NCBI GenBank assembly: GCA_963775895.1
Contig: CAVZKL010000017.1
Coordinates: 171,497 to 235,496, forward strand
Direction: 5' to 3'
Length of the DNA stretch: 64,000 nucleotides
Origin: Candidatus Bathyarchaeota archaeon
GTDB lineage: Archaea; Thermoproteota; Bathyarchaeia; Bathyarchaeales; Bathycorpusculaceae
The notes under the pieces were generated by a model. The model ran no database searches. It saw only the letters and a program-made list of their open reading frames with translations, and had not been told where the DNA came from. The position numbers were made by a program, and so were the translations under genes. Below, piece by piece: positions 22,345-33,372 of the stretch (the stretch's first letter is position 1; each line of letters opens with the position of its first letter).

Positions 22345-22761
22345 ATGCCTGAGATGAAGGTGTTCAATGTTACTCATAGCTTCTCAACGAGAGGAGAAGG
22401 AGAGTTTGTAGATTTGACTGACACGGTGCAGAAGTCAATTGAGAAATCGGGGGTCAAGAGCGGGTTTGTGCACGTCTTCGCGCCTCACGCTACGGGTGTA
22501 TTGCTTTTGACAGAGAATGAGCCTGCCTTGCTAGAGGACATCCGATTGTTTATTGATAAAGCGGCCCCAAGAAGCGGCAACTACAGACATCCTTCGAACG
22601 CGCATGCACACTTAAGGTCGATTCTGTTTCCCCCTGACAAGACGATACCGGTGGTTGACGGTCGGGGGAGTTTTGGCACGTGGCAGTCTCTTCTGTTTCT
22701 GGAAACGGACGTTTACTCTCGTCGCAGGACTGTTGTCATCCAAGTTATCGGCGAGAACTAA
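22345..22761 (+). CDS. yjbQ: YjbQ / UPF0047 family protein
   Basis: PHAT...L.ENE, Y.H..NAHAHLRS, GTWQ...F.E.D. Confidence 0.88.
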   Translation: MPEMKVFNVTHSFSTRGEGEFVDLTDTVQKSIEKSGVKSGFVHVFAPHATGVLLLTENEPALLEDIRLFIDKAAPRSGNYRHPSNAHAHLRSILFPPDKTIPVVDGRGSFGTWQSLLFLETDVYSRRRTVVIQVIGEN

Positions 22762-22937
22762 CCTTCTAAGCTTAGATTAGGGTGCTACGTCGAACTAATG
22801 AAATGGTGATTTCCTAGTCACATCTTTGAAAGCCGATGTGCATCCAAGGAAATCGAATGCTTTCGCGTTGCCGGCGAATTGCAAAAGAGTTATTAGCCTC
22901 AGAACTTGTTTTTGATCGCGCGCGGTGAGCTTGCAAT

Positions 22938-23780
22938 TTGTCTTTTGAAATTCAAGAGTTGCCCGATCTCATACGAATAATTGTTCTTGTGGATCTTCGT
23001 AATGCAAAAACTGTCCAGAAGTCTTGGTTGAAGGGCCGGCTTGACAGGGTGTGCACGGGGTACACTTGCATAGAAATGCGCGACCTGGACAAGACTCTGT
23101 TGGACATGGTTTCTGAGGGGTTGATTCACGACGATCGCGGAATGATACACGCTACCGAGCAGGGCACGAAGCTCGGGAAGGAATGGGCTAGTTTGCTTTT
23201 GAAAAAGGAGCCGATTCTCGAAGTAGTGGCTGGATTGGTCGATGGTTCGATCACGAGTCTCGTGGTGATTCTGTCAGCGTTCTTTGCATCCCTCGCCATG
23301 CGAACCGCAGTATTCGCTGCTTTCTTGACCTTGTCTTCGGTTTCAATAACGAATTTTTCCAGCTTTCTGCTTGGGGGGATAACGGAGGATCTTGCTGATA
23401 TGATAAGCCTCCAAACGTTAATGAACTACAGTCTTAGTGACATTCCTGACAAAACGGAGCGGGAGAAATCGCTTAACCTCGTGAAAGATCTGTTTACTCT
23501 CCTGCATAAAGAGATCAGCAGATCGAACCTTGTGGCTGCAATAATCTGTGGGGTCACGACTTTTCTTGCTGGGGTACTTCCTGTAGTTACATACTTTTTG
23601 TTTCCGAAACCGTTGAACCTCGTTGTGTCGCTCACTTTAGTCGGAGTCGTGGTCGGCGTTTTTCTTGTGCGTTATCGTTCGAGGAGATCCAGAGTGCATT
23701 GGAAGGTCACATTGCTTGAGACGGTTGTGATTGTCGTCATTGCGGTTATCGCGTCGTTGCTCGTGGGCGGCATTGCGTAA
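22938..23780 (+). CDS. N-terminal winged-helix-like domain fused to VIT1/CCC1-like membrane domain
   Basis: L..EGLI......ATEQG wing motif, then VAGLVDG TM1 and five TM segments around a cytoplasmic loop. Confidence 0.55.
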   Translation: MSFEIQELPDLIRIIVLVDLRNAKTVQKSWLKGRLDRVCTGYTCIEMRDLDKTLLDMVSEGLIHDDRGMIHATEQGTKLGKEWASLLLKKEPILEVVAGLVDGSITSLVVILSAFFASLAMRTAVFAAFLTLSSVSITNFSSFLLGGITEDLADMISLQTLMNYSLSDIPDKTEREKSLNLVKDLFTLLHKEISRSNLVAAIICGVTTFLAGVLPVVTYFLFPKPLNLVVSLTLVGVVVGVFLVRYRSRRSRVHWKVTLLETVVIVVIAVIASLLVGGIA

Positions 23781-24521
23781 GAGATCTGAGCGCCGCTTCA
23801 CTTCGATTCCTTCCGCCGGCAATTGCATGGACGTTACCCCAATTGGTGTTAATTCACTAGGACATGTTCGCAAGCGTGGGATTGAGATTTGCGCTTATTT
23901 TGCATATTGGGCAAGATCGCTTAAGCTTCGAAAGATTCGCTCCAGCCAAAATGCTCCGCAAGGTCTAGAACTAGCGACATCATGAGAGAATGTTCGGGAT
24001 CTTTCCGTCATATAACGTTCTTTCTGCGGATCTGAAAAACGTTTGAACAGTTTGAAGTGGTACAGTCCCGCTTTTTGTCTCGAGCTATTTAAGGTTCGGT
24101 GTAATACGAAAAACGCTCAAGACTAAGAGAGGGTCCCACGATTCAACCCTGTCGCAAGCTGACAGGCACCAGTTGCATTTATCGGGTTGAACCGAGAAAC
24201 CCCTTCATGGCTGTGCGGCGCCCTAATAAAAGCATTTCCAACGGTTGTCTATCGCTGGTCTCAAATGCGAACATTGAAAAACTCTCGTGTCATCTAAACG
24301 CAATCCATTTCAACCCTCTTAACACGGATTAACTTTGGAGCAGTTTGGTCCAATCAAGGTGCGTGCAAGTTATGTTGAGGGAAGAGGCGGAGAAGCGTCT
24401 TATGCAAGTAATGTGCGTCTGAGAACTAGATTTAAGTTTTGTCAACTGGAGGTGCGTCATAGCTAGGTTATAGAATCTGTTATAAATGTTGCAGTTTCAA
24501 GAGATGTTATCAGGATGAACT

Positions 24522-25790
24522 ATGGAACTGAAGAGAACTCTGAATCTTTTGGATGCTACGGCAATTGGCATCGGGGCGATAGTCGGTGCAGGAATCTTCG
24601 TTGTGCTGGGTATCGCTGTAGGCTATGCGGGGCCAGCGGTCATCATTTCAATGATAATTGCGGGAACCGTTGCCCTTTTTACCGCTCTTAGTTTTGCTGA
24701 ACTGAGCTCAGCAGTTCCAAAACAGGGAGGTACCTACGCGTACACTTATGAAATGATCTCTCCTTTCGTCGCGTTCATTTCGGGTTCTTTGTGGCTCTGT
24801 GGACAAACGGTGGGGGGAGCAGCTGTAAGCCTAGGTCTCGCGAGTTACTTCGTGGCTATATTCCCATCTTTTCCACTGAAAGTCGTTGCAGTTTCAGCTG
24901 CTTTGGTTTTGACGGGGTTGAACCTGACGGGAACCAAACATTCTGCAGTCGTAAACAACATCTTGGTTACGATAAAAATCGTCGTACTCGGCGTCTTTAT
25001 TGGTTTTGGAATCTTTCAACTGCATTCAAGCAACTATTCACAATTCGCGCCAAATGGCGTTATTGGAATCCTTCAGGGAGCGGGCTTCATTTTCTTTGCC
25101 TACATAGGTTTTGGCAGGATAGCGGCGCTTGGTGAGGAGGTAAAGAACCCAAAGAGGACTTTGCCGCTTGCAATCTTGCTGGCTTTGTTCATTTCCGTGA
25201 TCCTGTACGTTTCCACGGGCTTTGTCGCGACTGGGCTTGTAAACTACCGAATTATGGCAGGATCCGGATCTCCACTCACCGACGCTGCAAGAGCGACAGG
25301 CAACATTGCCCTAATTGACACTGTCTCGTTTGGTGCCCTCGTTGCTACTGTCAGCGTCCTTTTGACAAACCTGATCGGTTTGTCCAGAGTTACGTTTGCG
25401 ATGGCGAGGAACGGGCAGCTTCCAAAATCTTTGGCAACAGTCCATTCGAAGCTCGGAACCCCGTACGTTTCAATCCTAATCACAGGAGCGCTGATGGCTG
25501 TTTTGGCGTTCGTTTCAGATCTTAGACAAACCGCGGCAATAACGAGTTTGTCATTACTCTCTACTCATATTCTTCTACACGTTTCCGCGATAAGACTCAG
25601 GAGAAGAGTGCCCGACCTGAAAACATTCAAGGCGCCGCTGTATCCGGTGATCCCTTGCCTCGGTTTGATCAGCTGTGCTATTCTCATGTTCTCGTTGCCA
25701 ATAGAGGCATGGATATTCTTAGCAGGTTTTGTTGTCACAGTCTCAGCCTACTATCTGCTGAGAAATAGGCACATGCATGTTCGCGCGTAA
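24522..25790 (+). CDS. APC family amino acid permease
   Basis: GAIVGAGIF, AGPA, FAELSS..P..GG.Y.Y, FFAYIGF, EEVKNPKRTLP. Confidence 0.92.
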   Translation: MELKRTLNLLDATAIGIGAIVGAGIFVVLGIAVGYAGPAVIISMIIAGTVALFTALSFAELSSAVPKQGGTYAYTYEMISPFVAFISGSLWLCGQTVGGAAVSLGLASYFVAIFPSFPLKVVAVSAALVLTGLNLTGTKHSAVVNNILVTIKIVVLGVFIGFGIFQLHSSNYSQFAPNGVIGILQGAGFIFFAYIGFGRIAALGEEVKNPKRTLPLAILLALFISVILYVSTGFVATGLVNYRIMAGSGSPLTDAARATGNIALIDTVSFGALVATVSVLLTNLIGLSRVTFAMARNGQLPKSLATVHSKLGTPYVSILITGALMAVLAFVSDLRQTAAITSLSLLSTHILLHVSAIRLRRRVPDLKTFKAPLYPVIPCLGLISCAILMFSLPIEAWIFLAGFVVTVSAYYLLRNRHMHVRA

Positions 25791-25947
25791 CCGTTGCTTG
25801 TGAGTTTTGTTGATGCTTGTGTATTCAGAAGTCCGCCGTTTCAAGCGCGTCGGAGGCGTATTGATTGTCAATACATATTTTCAGAGTGGATTCTTAATTC
25901 TGAACAGTTATTAGGATTCAGAATGAATCACGTGTCGAGGAACAGGG

Positions 25948-26139
25948 ATGGCTCTGCAGAAGAGAACTGCAATAGTAGCCCTAATAGTGGCGGCGGCCCT
26001 CGCGGTAGCTGCAGTTCTACTGATTCCTGTAGTTTTTGGAATTCTCACATCCAGTCAAACTATCCCGTCTAACGGCATCATAAATTCTCAGTTTTCCACA
26101 ATTAACAGAAGCTTTTTGCTCTCCCTTGGGATGCCATAG
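25948..26139 (+). CDS. Small protein with signal/TM segment
   Basis: MALQKR followed by a long hydrophobic stretch; may be truncated. Confidence 0.4.
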   Translation: MALQKRTAIVALIVAAALAVAAVLLIPVVFGILTSSQTIPSNGIINSQFSTINRSFLLSLGMP

Positions 26140-26140
26140 C

Positions 26141-26815
26141 CTATGTTGTTCTCTCTTCCTTCGTATGCGCCAAAGACCAATGCTTCTTGAAAAATGAAAG
26201 TCCAAGGTTCGCGAATTGCTGTGCCGCAAGTGATAGGAATATTCCCCCCACAACATCTGTCGGATAGTGCGCCCCTAGAACGATTCTGCTCAGAGAAACC
26301 AAGAATATTATCAGCGTTGCCAACAGCTCTTTGGTCCTGCTTTTTCTCGACAGAATTAAGAATCCGCCTGCGGCTCTGGAGACATGACCCGAAGGATAAG
26401 AAAAAGAGGAGATAATATCTTGCCCATAGACGTTCAAACCTGGGCAGTCTGGCCTCGGACGGGCAAAAACCATCTTGGTGAAATAGGTGAGCGCGGTCGT
26501 TATGACCAAAAAAATCGCGACTTCCACTGCAGAACCAAGGTACTTTCTTGATTTGAAGTATGAATAAAGCAAGTAGACTGAGCCCAAAACGACCCACAGA
26601 TAAAAATCACCCAAATAAGTCACAATCTGAAAGAATTGTAGACCCACAGTTTTCTGAGCGAAATTCTGCACGTCCAAAACGATATGGCATTCTATTCCGT
26701 TAAGGGGTATTAGGGCAACGAATACGCCTATCAGCAATGTCAAAAACAAGTAGATTGCTGCTGCAACACGAGGGCTACTTAGCTGGGGTTGGTTCATGTG
26801 AGTGGCTCTTGCCAT
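26141..26815 (-). CDS. PAP2 family phosphatase
   Basis: K..FARPRP, SYPSGH, SRIVLGAHYPTDVVGG. Confidence 0.9.
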   Translation of the reverse strand: MARATHMNQPQLSSPRVAAAIYLFLTLLIGVFVALIPLNGIECHIVLDVQNFAQKTVGLQFFQIVTYLGDFYLWVVLGSVYLLYSYFKSRKYLGSAVEVAIFLVITTALTYFTKMVFARPRPDCPGLNVYGQDIISSFSYPSGHVSRAAGGFLILSRKSRTKELLATLIIFLVSLSRIVLGAHYPTDVVGGIFLSLAAQQFANLGLSFFKKHWSLAHTKEERTT

Positions 26816-26997
26816 GATGGCGGACTTTGGGCTTTAAACGTTTTCTCGTAGCACTCAGTGGGCGCTTCTAGCGTTACCCATTGTCGAGCACTCGAAAAGC
26901 AAACTCAAACAGAGACATCCTTATGCAACTTAGATCTAGGAGTTTCTCTGCCCTGTGAAATTAAGATCTAGAAAGAGCGCCCTGTGTTGGGCGCGTT

Positions 26998-28447
26998 CTA
27001 GAGTTTCAGCTTGTTTGACACCCGTTTGCCAAGCTCAGGGTCAGCTTTGGTTAGGTTTTCGACCATGCGTTTCTGAATCGTCTTGTGAGCCTTTCCCAGC
27101 GAATCAGCAATGTTATCGACCAAATGGTCCTGATCCACTTTGCCGAGTGAACGATAGCGTTGGCCTGCTTGTTTGAAGTCGTTGGTCAGACTGATTTTCT
27201 GGCGTCCGATTTTGCCTTTGAGATTTTCGTGAGTCTTGGCGGTGGCTTGTGCTTCTTTTGGCATTCCTCCTGCCAGCGTGTTGGGTTCGTAGTTGACTGT
27301 TCCTCCTTTGTAGGGCGCGTATTGCATGGTTCCGTCGCGCTCATTGTTGTTGACGGGCGCTTGCGATCTGTTGATTGGGAGTTGCAGATAATTAACGCCT
27401 AAGCGATGTCTCTGCGTGTCCGCATATGAGAACGTCCTTCCCTGCAACAGCTTATCGGCGGAGAAATCGATACCAGGTACAATGGAAGCCGGACAGAAAG
27501 CAGCTTGTTCTGTTTCAGCGAAGAAGTTTTCAGGATTGCGGATCAGCACCATTTTGCCAACTGGCATAAGCGGGAACTTGTCTTCAGGCCAAGTCTTTGT
27601 GGCATCCAGAGGGTCGAAATCCTGTTTCAACTCGTCAGTTATCTCCATAATCTGCACGTGCAATTCATATTCTACGGCTTTGCCAGAGGCAATCGTTTCA
27701 TACAAGTCTCGGGTGGCAATGTCAGGATCTTCGCCTGCTAGACGGGTGGCTTCATGGCGATCAATAGTCTCTATTCCTGCCTTTGGCTTCCAATGATACT
27801 TGACGTAGACAGCCTTGCCCTTGGCGTTTACCCACTTGTAGGTGTTGACGCCGAAGCCTTCCATTCTTCTGTAGTTCTTGACGGTTCCCCTATCGGAAAA
27901 GAGCCAAGTGATCATATGTGTCGATTCGGGGGTCAGCGAGATGAAATCCCAAAAACGACTGTTCGCCGACGAGCTCGTCGGATAACCCGTGTCAGGAGCA
28001 GGCTTGAAAGCATGAACCATATCAGGGAATTTGATGGCGTCTCTGATAAAGAAAACAGGCAAGTTGTTGCCCACCAAGATCGTAGTTTCCTTCTTCAGTG
28101 TAGAACTTCACGGCAAAGCCTCTCGGGTCGCGGGCTGTGTCCGCGGATCCTCGTGAGCCGACCACCGTAGAGAAGCGGACGAATACTGGAGTCTTCACCT
28201 TCGGGTCCTGAAGGAATTTCGCGCAGGTGTGCTTTGCCATGCTTTTGTAAACTTGGAAGTAGCCATGTGCGCCCGCGCCTTTGGCGTGAACCACACGTTC
28301 AGGGATGCGCTCGCGGTCGAAGTGAGCGAGTTTCTCGATCAAGTGCACATCCTGTAGGAGCACAGGCCCTCGTTCACCCGCAGTGAGTGAATTTTGATTA
28401 TCTGAGACAGGAACACCCTGGTTTGTCGTAAGATGCTTATCTTTCAT
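26998..28447 (-). CDS. katA: Monofunctional heme catalase, small subunit (frameshift ~28075)
   Basis: [43 protein letters not shown]. Confidence 0.93.
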
Positions 28448-28518
28448 AAAACTTGCACCTCCTTTTTCATACAGTGTAACGTCTTAAGATTTGAAGAACT
28501 TTAAGGTTTATTTAAGAC

Positions 28519-28535
28519 TTATTATTATCTAATAA
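28519..28535. promoter_or_regulatory. AT-rich inverted repeat, candidate Fur/Per box
   Basis: TTATTA-TTATC-TAATAA between the divergent catalase and PerR-like genes. Confidence 0.4.
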
Positions 28536-28540
28536 AAAGT

Positions 28541-29035
28541 ATGAGTCGCTCTCAGAAATCAGACGTTTTGATAATCGAAACCCTTCGCAAGAAAGGATAC
28601 AAGGCCACTCCACAAAGGATTGCGATCTGCCGATTTGCGCTCCAAAATCGAGACCATCCTACTGCGCAGAAAATATATGATGAAGTCAAGAAAGTTCATC
28701 CAACGGTAAGCCTTGCCACAGTCTACAAAACCCTTCGAATCCTGACGGAGCATGCGCTAATCCAGGAACTGGATTTTCCAGAAGGACAAGCAAGATTTGA
28801 TTCCTATGTGCAACCTCACGTAAACTTGATCTGCACGCGATGTGGCAACATCCAGGATTTAGACGATCCTGCTGCTCGAGAAACGATAATAGGAATAGCT
28901 GCCAAAGCAGAATTCACTCATACAGGACAACGCCTAGACATTTATGGCATCTGCAAAACGTGTCAAAGCAACCCAAAAACAAGTACGACCGGACTTAACA
29001 AACTTCCTAGCGCGCACCCGTCAAGCAAAGAATAA
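28541..29035 (+). CDS. perR: Fur family regulator, PerR-like
   Basis: TPQR, HPTA, SLATVYKTL, RFD, H..LICTRCG, G.CKTC; divergent from catalase. Confidence 0.8.
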   Translation: MSRSQKSDVLIIETLRKKGYKATPQRIAICRFALQNRDHPTAQKIYDEVKKVHPTVSLATVYKTLRILTEHALIQELDFPEGQARFDSYVQPHVNLICTRCGNIQDLDDPAARETIIGIAAKAEFTHTGQRLDIYGICKTCQSNPKTSTTGLNKLPSAHPSSKE

Positions 29036-29072
29036 TGAGTCAGCTTCATCTACAGTCTATTGGTCCGTTGGT

Positions 29073-29814
29073 TTGGAGAAAACTGTCAAGGCAATGTATG
29101 AGCGGCTGGCTGATTTTCTAGTTGAGAATTTGAATTTCGAAAATGTGTCCACTATTCTTGAGGCTGGATGTGGAAGCGGCCAGCTCACCGTGCCCTTTGC
29201 TAAGAGGATCAAGCATGTTAAACCGAGTTTCAGATTCACAGCGCTTGACCTGTTTGCAGGCCCCTTACAGGCGAGATATCGACATTTTGAAGAATCGTAT
29301 TCGAGAGGAGGGGCTCGAAGGATTGATAATCCCAGTGAACACGGATGTAAGAAACATGGATGTCATTGCGGGCAAGAGCATTGATCTCGTTGTTTCTAAC
29401 GAAACCCTTTGTGAGCTTGACAGGACTGGTCTTGAGATAGCTCTTCGAGAGTTTCATCGGGTGTTGAGACCGGGCAGCCAAATGGTACATGCAGAGTTGA
29501 TTAACTCGTTCGAAAATGATGCTCAGAGGCTGGTGATTGAGGCTGACATGCACTCTTTGGAGACGTCTTTGCCGAGACCAGAATGCTTTTCTCCGTGTTC
29601 CGATGACGTCGCTGCCCTTTTGCACAAGATTGGGTTCAAAAACATAAGGGTAAGATATTTCGAAACGAACGTCAGATTCAAGGATCTCGACGTGGCATTG
29701 AGGAAACTAAGACAGTGGAATGTTGATCCTGTGTTCGTCAAGGAGCACCTGCGGGGCATCAAGAGATATGGACTGGAATATCCGATGGAGCATCTGATTT
29801 TCTGCAGCAGGTAG
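29073..29814 (+). CDS. Class I SAM-dependent methyltransferase (frameshift ~29260)
   Basis: ILEAGCGSG, ALD, then IDLVVS and EFHRVLRPG in the next frame. Start approximate. Confidence 0.8.
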
Positions 29815-30249
29815 GAAACGAGCGCTCACTTCAACAGACAAGATCTTTCTAGAAAATAGAAACGCCCAAGTTGGGTCTAAGCCAGAACGATTTGCCTCAG
29901 CTCGGCCGAACCTTCGCATCGGAATTCTGTTCCGTTTGATGCTATCTTGCGACACAGACCCAGCAGGCGATTGTCCATTGGGCTTTGACTACTCGTCCAA
30001 GCGTGCTCCCCAACTTGGGCAGCAGTACTGTTCTCGGAGAAGAATATAACTGTTGTTTACAAAGTCCACTATCACTCTAACGCCGAGCTATCTCCGATTT
30101 TCACATCAGAAATGTAACTCGGCCACGTTGATTGGGACAGATTTGTTTTTTTACGGTAGGTATAAAAGGCAAAAAGCGTTTCGCTCCAAGACTGAATTTT
30201 CAGAGGCCATGATAAACCTATTAATATTCAGTGCACGTGCATAAGGCCA

Positions 30250-30945
30250 TTGCAAAAAGGAAAAACAGTGATGGACAGAACAGAGAAATTTGGAGAAGAT
30301 TTAGAACTCTTGGCGTCAAAACTGAGCCAAGGTTTGCAGCCAAAAGAAAAAGATTGCCTGATTGAACTCAAGAATCACCTCCTCGAGCTTCAGAAATCAA
30401 ACGTTGTAAAAATCAACCACTCAGTCATGGAACTCGTCTGCGCCAAACCGCTCTTGCAGAAAGGATACACTGTTCACGTGGAGCATGAACTGGAGCCAGC
30501 GCTAACTTGTGACCTGTATGCAACGAAAGGCGATGGAAACCATATTATAGAAATTGAAACGGGTTACATTCCGCCAGAACACGCCTTAGACCCATCGACA
30601 TATCTCCTCGCAAGAATTGCCAGCAAGATAACTAGATACAGCAACCACACGGGCAAATTCGCGTTGGGCACACCGCCTCACTACGTTCTGCCAATACCCC
30701 AACCACTACTGACCGCCCCCAGAGACAGAACACTGGAAAACCTGAAGACCATCAAATCCCTTTGTGACCTCTACTACACGAACCCGCCGGTCAGCCTCGA
30801 TGAAGTGAGAAATGCCAGACTGCACAGCATCTACATAATCGATGTGGACGGCCTAACAGCCCAAGAGACCGATCCAGAAGCCTATATGGGAAACAAACAC
30901 AGCAACCTTGCCAGCGTTATATCGACAGACGAACGCTCAGTGTAG
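30250..30945 (+). CDS. Conserved archaeal hypothetical protein, PD-(D/E)xK-like motif
   Basis: GY.V.VE...CDLYA......IEIETG; INHSVMEL, RIASKI.RYS. Confidence 0.6.
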   Translation: MQKGKTVMDRTEKFGEDLELLASKLSQGLQPKEKDCLIELKNHLLELQKSNVVKINHSVMELVCAKPLLQKGYTVHVEHELEPALTCDLYATKGDGNHIIEIETGYIPPEHALDPSTYLLARIASKITRYSNHTGKFALGTPPHYVLPIPQPLLTAPRDRTLENLKTIKSLCDLYYTNPPVSLDEVRNARLHSIYIIDVDGLTAQETDPEAYMGNKHSNLASVISTDERSV

Positions 30946-31105
30946 GAAACACGTGCGTTCCGCATTAATCTTAGTCTGAAGAGTTCCACCGCGTTCCTGT
31001 AGAATATCTTTCCTTTCTATGTTGCATCAATTTCTCGCGAGTTGACCAAATCTACGTGTTTTCTTATGCTGCACATGACGTAATCTGTTCGCGCGGGCGA
31101 GCCAG

Positions 31106-31864
31106 TTACCTAACGGTTTCATAATTCCTGTCAAAAGGTCGTCGCCGTAAATAGAACGACCCATAGTTTCTCCACCACAGCAAATAGCTCTTCAACACGC
31201 CCCATCGTTTGAGCCTCCTTGAAGATTCATAAACCACCGTCTCTAAAAGAGCAATCCTTCCTCTCTGTGAAAGCTTCAGAATAAGCTCAGTTATTTCCAG
31301 TATTGCAAGCCTTTCGTTGAATCCGCCAGCTTTCAAGAAAGACTCCCTCTGAACTGCCAGAACATCGCCTCTATTGTAGAACCTTAAAAAGAGCCTGTGT
31401 CTTGTGCAGTTTCTGACAAAAACATCATCTAAGGAATAGAACAATCTTTCGGAAGTGGAAAGAGCGTGGGATTGTGATTTTCGAGGCTGAACACGAGAAA
31501 TCGCGGCCACAACGGCTTCGTCTTCAAAAGTCCTCATCACTTCTTCAAGCAGATTAGCAGGAACGATAACATCGGCATCAATAAAAAGGAGAATGTTTCC
31601 TGATGCCTGCGCCGCCCCGAAATTCCTTGCCTTTGAGACTCCTCGATCCGTAAACCTGAAGACTTTGTCGGAAAACGGTCTGGCTAATTCAAGGGTTCTG
31701 TCTTGCCCAGAATCCACGACGAGGATTTCGCTGTCAATTCCTTTAGATTCAGCGATTGATTTGGCTTTGGCCATATGGACCAGTGTTTCTTTAACGTATT
31801 CTTCTTCTTGATACGTTGGGACAATCATCGAAATATCCAAGTTCCGGCCTTTCTTTTCTGTCAA
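31106..31864 (-). CDS. Glycosyltransferase family 2
   Basis: IVPTYQEE, VVDS, ARNFGA, FIDAD, GGFNE, SSRR. Confidence 0.9.
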   Translation of the reverse strand: MTEKKGRNLDISMIVPTYQEEEYVKETLVHMAKAKSIAESKGIDSEILVVDSGQDRTLELARPFSDKVFRFTDRGVSKARNFGAAQASGNILLFIDADVIVPANLLEEVMRTFEDEAVVAAISRVQPRKSQSHALSTSERLFYSLDDVFVRNCTRHRLFLRFYNRGDVLAVQRESFLKAGGFNERLAILEITELILKLSQRGRIALLETVVYESSRRLKRWGVLKSYLLWWRNYGSFYLRRRPFDRNYETVR

Positions 31865-31961
31865 ACTGAACTCTACTAAAAGTCTTTTAACTAATAAACG
31901 TCTTTAGAAAACAAGTGTCAAAGCACCTAGGAAAATCGCACCAAGGAGAACCAAGGATACA

Positions 31962-33372
31962 TTGAGGATTTGTTTGATCGACCCCCTAGGAAGAGTCAAA
32001 GGACTGAATGTCGGGCTGGGATGTCTGTCTTCTTCACTCATGCAGAAGGGTCACCGAGTAGTAGTCTTGGATCTTAACAACAATACCCGAAACGTCAAGG
32101 AAAGACTGAACAGAATCAAAGACTCTGACGTGATTGGTGTTTCAATAAAGTCTTCAACTGCTCAAGTCAGCCGTGAAATCGGGGAAGCGTTGGGAAGGAA
32201 GGATCTTGTTTGCGGCGGAGCCCACATCACTATAGACGGTCCCTCTTTTCTCAGGAACAGCCCGAGCTTCAAATCTGGTGCTATCGGTGAAGCCGAAGAG
32301 ACAGCAGTTGAACTGATAGCGGCTCTCAAAAGTAGAGCTACTCTTCGAGGTGTCAAGGGATTAATCTTCAAGGAAGGAGAAAATTTAGTAGTCAACCCGA
32401 GACGGACCGTTTATTGATGATTTAGACTCTCTGCCCAACCCAAACTATGAGTCGTTCGACTCCTTCACAGGTTCCATTCTACACTACCCTCTAGTTACGA
32501 GCAGAGGATGCCCGCACAACTGCATATACTGTTGCGTCGGTGAAGTTTCAGGAAGAAGATGGAGAGGACGGTCTCCTGAACGCATAATTGAAGAGCTGGA
32601 GCACGCTAAATCAACGTACAGAACAAGAAGCTTCGAGATAACGGACGATAACTTCACTCAAGACCTGCGCAGGGCAAAGAAAATCTGTCAATTAATAATC
32701 GACCATGGACTGAAGTTGAAGTGGGCCTGCTACAATGGAATTAGGGCTGATAGGCTCGACGAAGAACTGGTGGCCTTAATGAAAGAGTCAGGCTGCAATA
32801 ACATCAGCATAGGAGTTGAGAGTTTCGACAGGGACGTTTTCGACAGAATAGGGAAGGGTGAAACGCTCGACGACATTCAGCAGGCGATTAGATTACTCAA
32901 CAAACACGAAATAGAAGTCGACGGCTCCTTCATAATCGGCCTCCCAGGAGACAACCTGAAGAAAACAATCGCGTCTATAGAGCTCTGCAAGAAAATGCCC
33001 TTTAACAAGACCATGTGGAATCTTTTCGTACCCTACCCAGGCACAAGAGCCTGGACTTGGGTTAACAAAGAAGGAAAGATTCTTCGAGATTGGACGGAAG
33101 GCTTCCATTTCGGCGCAGAAGTAAAGCCCGTTTTTGAAACAAAGGACTTCACTGAAACAGAGAGAATCCACGCCTACAAAATGGCAAACGTAAAATGCAA
33201 AGGTTACTTCGCGCTCATCAACTCTGAAAAATCTCTCGTTGCCAACGCATTCGATATTACCAGACTAATCCTGAAGTACGATGCTCGAAATATCGTATCT
33301 CACATTGCTCACGTCCTGAAAAATGCGGCGGAAGCTCGCAGCCGCATCAGAGAATATGAAAAGATAGTATGA
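31962..33372 (+). CDS. B12-binding radical SAM protein (frameshift ~32410)
   Basis: GGAH, GEAEET; SRGCPHNCIYC at ~32500; DDNF; GVES; FIIGLPG; PYPGT. Confidence 0.85.

Noticed and set aside
22846-23828. Short similar motifs (GCCGGC(G)AATTGCA; AAGGA(A)ATCGAA inverted) flanking the wHTH-VIT1 gene
   Set aside because: Short, imperfect and in mixed orientation; chance cannot be excluded.
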